Source: Bacillota bacterium
Lineage (GTDB): Bacteria; Bacillota; Clostridia; DUPQ01
Length of the DNA stretch: 64,000 nt
Direction of reading: 5' to 3'
Assembly (NCBI GenBank): GCA_022706885.1
Contig: JAKJBR010000003.1
Coordinates: forward strand, 7,331-71,330
Positions 1-8,511 of the stretch are shown piece by piece (the stretch's first letter is position 1; each line of letters begins with the position of its first letter). The notes beneath the pieces are model-generated. The model was not told where the DNA came from. It was given only the letters and a program-made list of their open reading frames with translations, and searched no databases. Position numbers and translations under genes: made by a program.

Positions 1-2335
1 TGAACAACCTTATTATATACCCCTTTCGGTCTTCGCTTCTTTTGAATACCGGCATGGTGATAACATCGTCACTCAGTATGGCAAACGGTCGCACCCTCTT
101 TCCGGCACCTGTCGGGAAGAAAGATAAAGCCATGGGTTTTTCATTACATACAGCCGCTTCTCTTTCCACTTTGTTGAATCTTTCGGTTGTTTCGGAAGCA
201 TCCAGCCAGAATTCGTATTGTCTTTCTCCCTGATCCATATACGGCGAAAATCTGTCCTGCGGCATAATGTATTTGTTCCTAACCGAAAAGTCGGATTTTC
301 CTGCCGCATAGCCGGCTGATCTGAGAAGCGAAATCCTTATCTCTCCGCCCAACACATCGGAACCGTATGTGCAGTCATTTATGACACTGACCGCATAATC
401 TTTGTTATACAGGATATTCCATTTATGACTGACATTTTCGTTACCGTTGGTAAGCAGTTGTTCCGAACCGTAAGCCTGCTGTCCCGTATAACAAGCATTT
501 TCTATTGTTGTGGGAATTGACAGCTTAAGCATTTTCATCTTCTCGTTCCAGTATACTCTTACAGTCACTTTGACCTGTGCACCTCTCTTTGGCAGATGAT
601 ATCTTATGCATATGAAGGAGTTGTCATACTTCATAACCGCTTCAATTATAGTTCTTACCGGACCGTCTTCAATTGCTCTGACGCTTTCAATCTTGTTCTC
701 ATCAATTATGCCGGAGAAATAATTACCTTCTTCTTTGTCCATGACTTTGAAGAATCCTTCGGTGTTTCTGAAACTCTTTTCCTTGTGCGCCCAGGAGTTT
801 TCATCGTCTTTGACAACTACGGGAAGAAAAGCATTCTTCTTTAAGTAGTCTATGCCTTTTACTTCATACTTGTCTATTGTTCCGGTAAGCTTGGAAATAT
901 GAACAAGCAATTCTTTTGTCTTGAATATGAACATATCCTTTGTCTGTCTTACCTTAGGCAACGGTTTTGCATCAATCATCTCTATTCTGACATCAAATCT
1001 GTTTATCTGACAGGGTTTCAGCATAGCGTAGAATACCGATTTCTTTCTCCAGTCAACATTGAAGTTGGAGTCTTCTTTTTCTACCTGACAGGGCAGTTTC
1101 TTACCGTTTCGGTAAACTACGGGGTTGGCAAATATATTTCTGTTTTTGTTCTGGTCCGCCAACTGATATTCACACTCGACAATATACGGTACCTCATAAG
1201 GATGAGGATTGTATACCAGTAACGGAATCTCTCCTTCGTTTGCTTTTTTCTGACCGGAGCACAGTGAAATGAAAGCCTGAGTCTTAACTTTGCCCAATTC
1301 ATCCAAACCGTGTCCCGCTAAAGCTATGGAATAGTCTTCCACCGACTGTATTGACGAACCGGGAAGTATATCGTGGAATTCCATAAACAACATGTCTTTT
1401 GTTGCCGTCCGTATCCTGTCAGCAGGATACTTCATAAGTTTTAAGAAAGATGCATGTGCAGCCATCTTTTCAGTTGTATACAGTTGGTTTTCCAACTGTC
1501 TGTGCAACTGTTTAATGCGAATCTGCGATGTATAGCATCCGATATACCTCGGATTCAGCGTCTTTCTGAATACAGGCAGCTTTTTCTCATCCAGTTCGGC
1601 AAAATATGCTTCAGGAGTGGAATGAACTATATTGAAGTCCTTCTCCTTCTTTGCCAGTTGTGCTATGTTTTTAAAATCAATTCTGGAAGGTCCGCCGCCG
1701 TGATTTCCTATACCCCACAGTACCATACCCACCTTTCTGTGACGGTTGCCGTCCATCCAGGATTTTATCTTTTCATGCGCTTCCCCTCTGTGCGATTCAT
1801 AAGAATTGAAAGCACGGTTACACATTATGGTTTCTCCGCTAAATCCTTCCCAAAGGAAATCCTCATCGGGAAGATCAATCATGTCCGGCTCGGGACGGCA
1901 GAACAGATACGAGTCATATCCGCTGTTTTTTAAAATATCCACCAACCCCCTTGTATGTCCGAATGCGTCGAAATTTATACATGTTGTCGGGAAAGTACCG
2001 AATTTTTCCATAAAGTAGTTGTGTCCTTCCAATATCTGTCTTACGAAACTCTCTCCGGTGGGAATATTGCAGTCGGGCTGAATAAACCAGCCTCCCATGA
2101 TATGCCATTTTTTCTCCTTAACCAGTTTCTGAATACGTTTGAAAAGTGCGGGCTCGTATCTTTCCACCCACTCATACAGCAGCGATTCATTGTGATTGAA
2201 TATGAATCCGTCATATTCTTCACAAAACTCGGCACATACCCTGAATGTTGAAAGAGTCTCCGCAATACCTTCATCAAGATTCCACATCCATACCGGATCA
2301 ATGTGTGCGTTACAAACTAAATGCAGATTTTTCAT
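1..2335 (-). CDS. GH38-family alpha-mannosidase-like glycoside hydrolase, N-terminal ~778 codons; the C-terminus lies beyond the window edge
   Basis: The rc of 2333-2335 is an ATG. Manual translation gives MKNLHLVCNAHIDPVWMW..., later MVLWGIGNHGGGPSRIDF and MEFHDILPGSSIQSVEDY. The HxDPxW and FHDxLPGSSI motifs resemble GH38. This frame has no listed stop, and plus-strand ORFs across the region are short. The ORF runs off the window so it is absent from the ORF track. Confidence 0.6.
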   Translation of the reverse strand, partial: MKNLHLVCNAHIDPVWMWNLDEGIAETLSTFRVCAEFCEEYDGFIFNHNESLLYEWVERYEPALFKRIQKLVKEKKWHIMGGWFIQPDCNIPTGESFVRQILEGHNYFMEKFGTFPTTCINFDAFGHTRGLVDILKNSGYDSYLFCRPEPDMIDLPDEDFLWEGFSGETIMCNRAFNSYESHRGEAHEKIKSWMDGNRHRKVGMVLWGIGNHGGGPSRIDFKNIAQLAKKEKDFNIVHSTPEAYFAELDEKKLPVFRKTLNPRYIGCYTSQIRIKQLHRQLENQLYTTEKMAAHASFLKLMKYPADRIRTATKDMLFMEFHDILPGSSIQSVEDYSIALAGHGLDELGKVKTQAFISLCSGQKKANEGEIPLLVYNPHPYEVPYIVECEYQLADQNKNRNIFANPVVYRNGKKLPCQVEKEDSNFNVDWRKKSVFYAMLKPCQINRFDVRIEMIDAKPLPKVRQTKDMFIFKTKELLVHISKLTGTIDKYEVKGIDYLKKNAFLPVVVKDDENSWAHKEKSFRNTEGFFKVMDKEEGNYFSGIIDENKIESVRAIEDGPVRTIIEAVMKYDNSFICIRYHLPKRGAQVKVTVRVYWNEKMKMLKLSIPTTIENACYTGQQAYGSEQLLTNGNENVSHKWNILYNKDYAVSVINDCTYGSDVLGGEIRISLLRSAGYAAGKSDFSVRNKYIMPQDRFSPYMDQGERQYEFWLDASETTERFNKVEREAAVCNEKPMALSFFPTGAGKRVRPFAILSDDVITMPVFKRSEDRKGYIIRLF

Positions 2336-2472
2336 TATACAGCTCCTTTATTGTTATCTTAATATATTTTAATACATAAGCCCTATTTTTAACAGTGCCT
2401 ATACATAATGTTGCTTTGATGTGTTATTATATTACTCTAACAAGTAAGTTTTTATACTGTCGGGAGGGGGCT

Positions 2473-3384
2473 ATGAAGCATCTGTTTATAATGAATCCTA
2501 TGTCGGGAAGTAAAAAGGCCGCAAAATTCTTACCGGACATAGAAAGATATTTTGAAGGCAGAGAGGATGAGTACAGTATACTCTATGCACAACATCCTAC
2601 GCATATAAAAGAGTTGTGTGAAGAGTATGCAAAAAAGGGCGGATACAGGATATATGTTGCAGGCGGTGACGGATCGGTTAACCAGGCCGCAAACGGAGTG
2701 GCAGGTTATGATACCCCGATAGGCATACTTCCTACGGGAAGCGGAAACGACTTCATTAAGAATCTTACTGATTACGCAAAACTTAAAGACCTCGTAAAAA
2801 GGACAGTTGAAGGCGATGTTATTAAAGTTGACGCTATAAAACTGTATGATGAAGAATTATTCGGTTATTGCATAAATATATTATCTATAGGTGTAGATGC
2901 CGAGGCAGCTTACAACTCCACACAAATTACAAGAAAATACGGAATAACCGGAATGCTTGCATATCTTCTGGGTTTCTTCAGAGTTTTACGACAGAAGAAA
3001 ACCAAATTCGATGTCAAGATAACCATAGACGGACAGGTTATTAATGACGGTTATGTAATGCTGGCAGCCTGTACAAACGGAAAGTATTACGGCGGAGGAT
3101 TCATACCTGTGCCGCACACATCATTTGATGACGGTATAATCGATATGTGCATTGCCGAAGCCAGAGGTCTGGATTTTGTTTTTTCCGTGTTGCCGAAATA
3201 CATGAAAGGTAAGCATGCAGGTACTGTGGGAATAATCTTTCCCAAAGGAAAAAGCATATCCTTAGAAAGTAAGGATATGCTCAAAGTTAACATTGAAGGC
3301 GAGATAATAGAAAGAAGGAGCATCCGAATGGAAATCATGCCCCGTCTTATAAGCTTTATTAAACCTAAGGATTTACAAGAATAA
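2473..3384 (+). CDS. Diacylglycerol/lipid kinase family protein (DagK/YegS-like)
   Basis: GGDGSVNQ and ILPTGSGNDF lipid-kinase catalytic motifs are present. The internal ATG at 2473 is preceded by GGGAGGGGG; the ORF-track start at 2395 is probably too far upstream. Confidence 0.75.
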   Translation: MKHLFIMNPMSGSKKAAKFLPDIERYFEGREDEYSILYAQHPTHIKELCEEYAKKGGYRIYVAGGDGSVNQAANGVAGYDTPIGILPTGSGNDFIKNLTDYAKLKDLVKRTVEGDVIKVDAIKLYDEELFGYCINILSIGVDAEAAYNSTQITRKYGITGMLAYLLGFFRVLRQKKTKFDVKITIDGQVINDGYVMLAACTNGKYYGGGFIPVPHTSFDDGIIDMCIAEARGLDFVFSVLPKYMKGKHAGTVGIIFPKGKSISLESKDMLKVNIEGEIIERRSIRMEIMPRLISFIKPKDLQE

Positions 3385-3388
3385 TATC

Positions 3389-3724
3389 TTATTCAAACTT
3401 TTCGCCGCACTTCATACAAGCTACGGCTTCTTTCGGCATTTCAGCTTTGCAGTTGCCGCATATCTTCAAGCCTTTAGCATCGGCAATATCCACCTTTACC
3501 TCTTCAATCTGTTCCAGTTTATTGGTTATCTGGGTAAAGATTTCTTTTGTATCTTCGCCGTAATATGCTACTTTTCCTGCTATCTGATAAAGGTTATCAA
3601 GATCCAATTCATACTCTTTCAATTTTATAGAAAGTTTCGTAGCATCGGCAAATTCCTTTGTTTTCCTAAAGAATCGCTTACCTGCATTTTCCAGTCTTGT
3701 ACCCAAATCTTCATTCTTTTCCAT
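3389..3724 (-). CDS. Hypothetical coiled-coil protein with a C-terminal zinc ribbon (CGNC...CMKCG)
   Basis: 111-aa ORF ending in a CxxC...CxxC pair; convergent with the lipid kinase gene with a 4-nt spacer. Confidence 0.4.
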   Translation of the reverse strand: MEKNEDLGTRLENAGKRFFRKTKEFADATKLSIKLKEYELDLDNLYQIAGKVAYYGEDTKEIFTQITNKLEQIEEVKVDIADAKGLKICGNCKAEMPKEAVACMKCGEKFE

Positions 3725-3750
3725 GTTTCACCTCCTGTTATAATTATACT

Positions 3751-4197
3751 TTACTTCTTTTCTTTTAACAAATCTCTGATTTCCGTTAAAAGCACTTGTT
3801 CCTTGGAGGGAGCGGGCGGTGTCGCCTTTACTTCCTCTTTTTGTTTCTGCTTTGCTTCTTCAGCTTTACTTCTTACCAATGCCACAAGTCTTACCAACAG
3901 GAATACGCATGCCGCAATGATAAGAAAATCCAGTATTCCTTGAAGGAATGTTCCGTAATTCACCGATGATGTTATATTACCCTCAGCATCGGTAGCCAAA
4001 ACCCATTTCAGGTCATGGAAATTCACTTTACCCATTACCAGCCCTATTAACGGCATCAATATATCATTTACAAATGAAGATACTATTTTTCCGAATGCGG
4101 CTCCGATTATTACACCTACCGCCATATCTATTACATTACCTTTTGTTATAAATGCTTTGAATTCGCTTAACAGATTAGTTTTGTTCTTCTTAGCCAT
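3751..4197 (-). CDS. mscL: Large-conductance mechanosensitive channel MscL
   Basis: [52 protein letters not shown] is a canonical MscL N-terminus; the start was placed at the internal Met (MAKK). Confidence 0.85.
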   Translation of the reverse strand: MAKKNKTNLLSEFKAFITKGNVIDMAVGVIIGAAFGKIVSSFVNDILMPLIGLVMGKVNFHDLKWVLATDAEGNITSSVNYGTFLQGILDFLIIAACVFLLVRLVALVRSKAEEAKQKQKEEVKATPPAPSKEQVLLTEIRDLLKEKK

Positions 4198-4581
4198 ACA
4201 CTTATCTCCTTTATATATTTCTCTACAACTTAATTTTACACTGTTGAAAAACAAATGCAACGGTTATTGATATTTATCCCGTATAAGAAGAAAGACCGTC
4301 AATCGTGCAGAACGCCGATTTCGGATCTTTCAAAGACTCAGCCGGCTTAGAAAAAGGTTATTGCCTTTACCGGCTCTATAGCGTTTTTATTATATCATTA
4401 ATATTTTCCTTTTCAAGATATTGTTTCGAAAGTTCACAATTGTTCATAATCCGATGCACATAAAATTTCTTGTATATGCCTTGTATAAGATTGGCTTAAA
4501 TTACTGTTTTCACATTCTATATATCACCGTTATGATGTATAATATATATGTTGAAAAAGCATTGAAAGGATGCGTTGGTTT

Positions 4582-5139
4582 ATGGATTACTATGATATCA
4601 ATATAGCCGGAGTGCAAAGAAAATTACCGTTATGTAAAGTTACCGACAACCTATATATAGCCGCTTTTGTGGTTTTCGGAGATATAGAGCTGACAATAGC
4701 GTGTGCAAAGAGACTTTTAGAACTTGCACCGGAATATGATTACACCATTACCGCCGAATCCAAAGGGATTCCCATTGTCCATGAAATGGCAAGACAGAGC
4801 GGAGTCAATAAATATTTTCTTGCAAGAAAAGCTCCCAAACTGTACATGACGGGAGTTTTCGAGGTGGATGTAAAATCCATAACCACATCCGGTCTTCAAA
4901 AACTTTATCTGGACACCGCCGATGCGGAATTTATGAAGGGAAAACGTATCCTCATAGTCGACGATGTGATATCTACCGGCGGCTCATTACGTGCAGTTGA
5001 GGAATTGGTACTGCAAGCCGGCGGAATAGTTGCGGGAAAAATGGCGGTGCTCGCAGAAGGGGATGCCATTTATCGGAATGATATAACATACATTGCTCCG
5101 CTCCCCTTGTTCAATCCGGACGGAACAATAAAAAGATGA
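4582..5139 (+). CDS. Type I phosphoribosyltransferase family protein (Apt/Xpt-like)
   Basis: PRPP-binding motif ILIVDDVISTGGS is present. The start is ambiguous: 4570 TTG/ATG versus MDYYD at 4582. The stop overlaps the downstream ApbE start as ATGA. Confidence 0.6.
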   Translation: MDYYDINIAGVQRKLPLCKVTDNLYIAAFVVFGDIELTIACAKRLLELAPEYDYTITAESKGIPIVHEMARQSGVNKYFLARKAPKLYMTGVFEVDVKSITTSGLQKLYLDTADAEFMKGKRILIVDDVISTGGSLRAVEELVLQAGGIVAGKMAVLAEGDAIYRNDITYIAPLPLFNPDGTIKR

Positions 5140-6227
5140 TAAGAAAAAACAAAGACACAATTACAACTGTTGATGCTAAAAAAAGAGCTGTCATAATTGC
5201 TTTGTCTTTATTGTTGCTGTTAAGCGGATGTGTGAAAGAATCTTCACTGTATATAACGGAAAAAAACGGTATGTATTCAACTTCTTTTATGGCAATGGAT
5301 ACCGTGATGACGGTCTCGGTTATATCAAAAAATGCCGAAAAAGAATTGCATGAAGCATATAAGCATATTCTGGCATATGATGTCGCCTTTTCCGCTCACT
5401 CCCAAAACAGCGAAGTATCAAAAGTAAACAATTCATCGGGTAAGGATATATCGGTATCCGATGAACTTAAAGAACAGATAAGAACGGCATTGAAAGTATC
5501 AAAAATGACCGACGGAGCTTTTGACATAACGGTGTTCCCGCTGATGGAACTGTGGGGATTCTATGATAAAAACCATACCGTTCCGGATGAGGCAAGTATT
5601 AAAGATATCCTGAAACTTGTCGGATATGACAAGATTGGTCTGGAAGGTAATATGCTTAATCTGCAATCGGGTACAAAGATAGATTTGGGAGCCGTTACAA
5701 AAGGTTTTGTAGGACAAAAAACAGCTGCAATGCTTATTGATTCCGGTGTTAAATCAGGCATGCTTTCTTTGGGGGGCAATATTCAACTGTTCGGACTTAA
5801 CCCCGATAAATCGGTGTGGAATATAGCCGTTCAGGATCCGAAAGACGAACACTCCTATATCGGAATAATCCATGATACAAATTGCTCTATCATAACTTCC
5901 GGTTGCTATCAGAGATACTTTGAAAAAGACAATAAAATATATCATCATATACTCAATCCGCACACCGGCTATCCCGCCGACAGCGGTATCCTTTCGGTCA
6001 CCGTGGTTGCAAATGACGGCACATATGCCGATGCATTATCTACAGCCCTTTTTGTAACAGGCTTAGATAAAGCTGTTGAAATATGGAGAGAATACGGGGA
6101 TTTTGAAGCGATCTTCGTAACCGAAGATAAGCATGTATATATCACCGAAGGGCTGAAGGATAAATTTACTCCGTATTCCTGTCAAGATAAGACGGACACA
6201 TACCTTTATATATACATTAACAAATAA
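5136..6227 (+). CDS. apbE: FAD:protein FMN transferase ApbE family lipoprotein
   Basis: Signal peptide with lipobox LLSGC. ApbE motifs include DALSTALFV near the C-terminus. Confidence 0.8.
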   Translation: MIRKNKDTITTVDAKKRAVIIALSLLLLLSGCVKESSLYITEKNGMYSTSFMAMDTVMTVSVISKNAEKELHEAYKHILAYDVAFSAHSQNSEVSKVNNSSGKDISVSDELKEQIRTALKVSKMTDGAFDITVFPLMELWGFYDKNHTVPDEASIKDILKLVGYDKIGLEGNMLNLQSGTKIDLGAVTKGFVGQKTAAMLIDSGVKSGMLSLGGNIQLFGLNPDKSVWNIAVQDPKDEHSYIGIIHDTNCSIITSGCYQRYFEKDNKIYHHILNPHTGYPADSGILSVTVVANDGTYADALSTALFVTGLDKAVEIWREYGDFEAIFVTEDKHVYITEGLKDKFTPYSCQDKTDTYLYIYINK

Positions 6228-7463
6228 TCACCAATACCTGTCAACGGTTTGCGATACCGTCTTAACCCATTCCGACAGATGATTAACATTTCTGTTAACC
6301 GTGGAAATATCTTTCAATACAAATTCGCAAGGCGTGTTGTTTCTCTTACATGCAAGAAGTATTTTCTTTGTCTCCTCAATAACCGGTTGAGGATCAAATA
6401 CTGCTTGCGACACATATGCGGGATTGGATTTTGCAGAAAGCACATATCTGTTTCCCATGGCATTGGCTGCAATGTCGACATCCGCCCAGGGGGTTACGGA
6501 TATTCTCCGCAAATTATCAAACTCCGTTAAAATATCAATTTTGTTATGTAAAGGCTCGCAGCAGCCGTAATAAGTAAGTCCGCACCTGTCAAACAGCCGC
6601 TTCATGTACTTTATGTCAAATTCTTTGTGCATATCGGGAGATACAACGGCAAAAATCTGCGCCATTCCCCTTCCCCAGACATCCTTGGCACTGACGGTTT
6701 CTTCGGTCACATCCTTTACCGGCAGTTCATAGGTGCATGCCGGTGTACAGTGAAGATAATATGCATCGGTTTCCAATATATTCAGTTTTTCATATAGACT
6801 GACGGTTTCCTCATAATACCGTGTAAACTTATCCATCATCTTATGAATAAAATCCGGTCTTTCATATATATCGATAAGACAATTCTCCACACCGTGATAT
6901 CGGGGTATTTCATCCCACATATTAAATATGAGCTGATAGCCGCCAAGTCCTACATCCATTATGCCGTCAAATACATCATGAGCCGCTTGCAGTGCTTTTT
7001 GCGTCGCCTGTTCATCCACCTGCATCGTAGGCATAGTTATTTTTTCCAAAGATTCCTCATCGGGTAAAATATCATGATACTCATGAGCACTGATATCGGT
7101 CCCCGTGGCGGAGCCAATCATAACCTCCTGCACGGTAAGACCTATTCCGGTACCTTTTGTTCTTATCCTTACCTTGTAATACGGATGTATTGCATAATCG
7201 CCCCGGAAATACTCAAACTGGTAAAGAGCTCTCTTAACGGCTCTTTCAATTCCTCTGTACAGGTCGGTTTCACATTCCAACCGAAGTTTTTCCTGATCTT
7301 CCAGTTCACCCCACGGCACTTCAAAAACAAGAACGGGAGGTCGCACCTGTTGCAGGCTGTTAAGTTTTCTGTATTGCTCCGGTATTGCCAGATTTCTGTC
7401 GCTCAATGCTATTTCGGCATATTGTTTTGCATATTCTCTTAACTTAAGAAGTTCGGGCTTCAT
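6228..7463 (-). CDS. Uroporphyrinogen decarboxylase (URO-D) family protein (MtaA/CmuA-like methyltransferase fold)
   Basis: 411-aa ORF with URO-D-like features (YYGCCEP, C-terminal TIM-barrel region); it is a paralogue of 10682-11806. Confidence 0.55.
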   Translation of the reverse strand: MKPELLKLREYAKQYAEIALSDRNLAIPEQYRKLNSLQQVRPPVLVFEVPWGELEDQEKLRLECETDLYRGIERAVKRALYQFEYFRGDYAIHPYYKVRIRTKGTGIGLTVQEVMIGSATGTDISAHEYHDILPDEESLEKITMPTMQVDEQATQKALQAAHDVFDGIMDVGLGGYQLIFNMWDEIPRYHGVENCLIDIYERPDFIHKMMDKFTRYYEETVSLYEKLNILETDAYYLHCTPACTYELPVKDVTEETVSAKDVWGRGMAQIFAVVSPDMHKEFDIKYMKRLFDRCGLTYYGCCEPLHNKIDILTEFDNLRRISVTPWADVDIAANAMGNRYVLSAKSNPAYVSQAVFDPQPVIEETKKILLACKRNNTPCEFVLKDISTVNRNVNHLSEWVKTVSQTVDRYW

Positions 7464-7686
7464 ATATCGGTTTCCTCCACAGTTTCATGAACTTTATAAT
7501 CAGCCTGTTTTTTTCTTCAGACACTTTTTATACAGTTGATTTTACAATAAAACCCTAATCAAATAAAGTCTAACAGTTTTATTCTTCTCCAACTTTCGGC
7601 GAGAGTTGTGCATTGTAAATATATTCCCGAAGCTTCTTGAATAAAAGGTATTAAAATGTTACAGTTAATGAAAAGGAAAAAACGAC

Positions 7687-8484
7687 ATGATAATAGATTT
7701 CCACACTCATATATTCCCCGATACTCTTGCAAAAAAAGCCAGGGAGACGCTTTTGAGAAATGTAAACTACAGATATGAGCCCACTACCGATCTTACAAAG
7801 GCAGGGCTTATGAAAACCATGGATCAATGGGGTATTGATATATCGGTGGTTCAAACGGTAATAACCAAAAGCACACAACTGCAAAACACCAATCTTTGGG
7901 CACAGAGTGTATGTGATGACAGAATAATAGCTTTCGGAGGAATCTTTCCTCATACTGAGGATTACAAAAAAGATATAGATTTCGTCTGCGGTTTAGGCTT
8001 GAAAGGTATAAAATTTCATGTGGAATATCAAGCCTTCGTTGTGGATGATCCGAAAGCCTTAAGGATATATGATTATGCTTTGAGTAAAGGCCTGATAATT
8101 GTACATCATGCCGGTGAAGATCACGGTATGCCTCCCCCGTACAGAAGTAATCCGCAAAAATTCGCATATATTGCCGACCACATGCAAGGAGGCATCATGG
8201 TGGCGGCTCATCTTGGCAGCCACAACATGTGGGATGATGTGGAAAGATATCTTGTAGGTAAAAACATATATTTAGACACTTCAATGGGCTTTGAATATTA
8301 CAGCAAGGAACAATTCTTGCGAATAGTGAAGGCTCACGGGGCAGACAGAATACTGTTCGCTTCCGACTCGCCCTGGAGTAATGCTAAAAATGAAATAGGT
8401 GCCGTTAACAGCTTACCGATTAATCAAACCTCTAAAGATTTGATATTAGGCGGTAATGCCGCAAGAATACTGGGATTGAGTTAA
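7687..8484 (+). CDS. Amidohydrolase-2 family metal-dependent hydrolase (TIM barrel)
   Basis: N-terminal IIDFHTHIFP metal-binding motif, 265 aa, with internal HHAGE and a terminal D residue pattern. Confidence 0.6.
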   Translation: MIIDFHTHIFPDTLAKKARETLLRNVNYRYEPTTDLTKAGLMKTMDQWGIDISVVQTVITKSTQLQNTNLWAQSVCDDRIIAFGGIFPHTEDYKKDIDFVCGLGLKGIKFHVEYQAFVVDDPKALRIYDYALSKGLIIVHHAGEDHGMPPPYRSNPQKFAYIADHMQGGIMVAAHLGSHNMWDDVERYLVGKNIYLDTSMGFEYYSKEQFLRIVKAHGADRILFASDSPWSNAKNEIGAVNSLPINQTSKDLILGGNAARILGLS

Positions 8485-8511
8485 ATTTGAAAGGAGCAGG
8501 AGCTACAAATT

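Noticed and set aside
2395-2472. N-terminal 26-codon extension of the lipid kinase ORF
   Set aside because: The internal ATG at 2473 has a strong GGGAGGGGG RBS and the conserved kinase sequence starts there; the extension is probably untranslated.
4198-4581. Possible purine or PRPP riboswitch upstream of the PRTase-like gene
   Set aside because: No recognisable conserved riboswitch core was found by eye. Only a TGnTATAAT-type promoter and a weak hairpin are visible; an Rfam scan would be needed.
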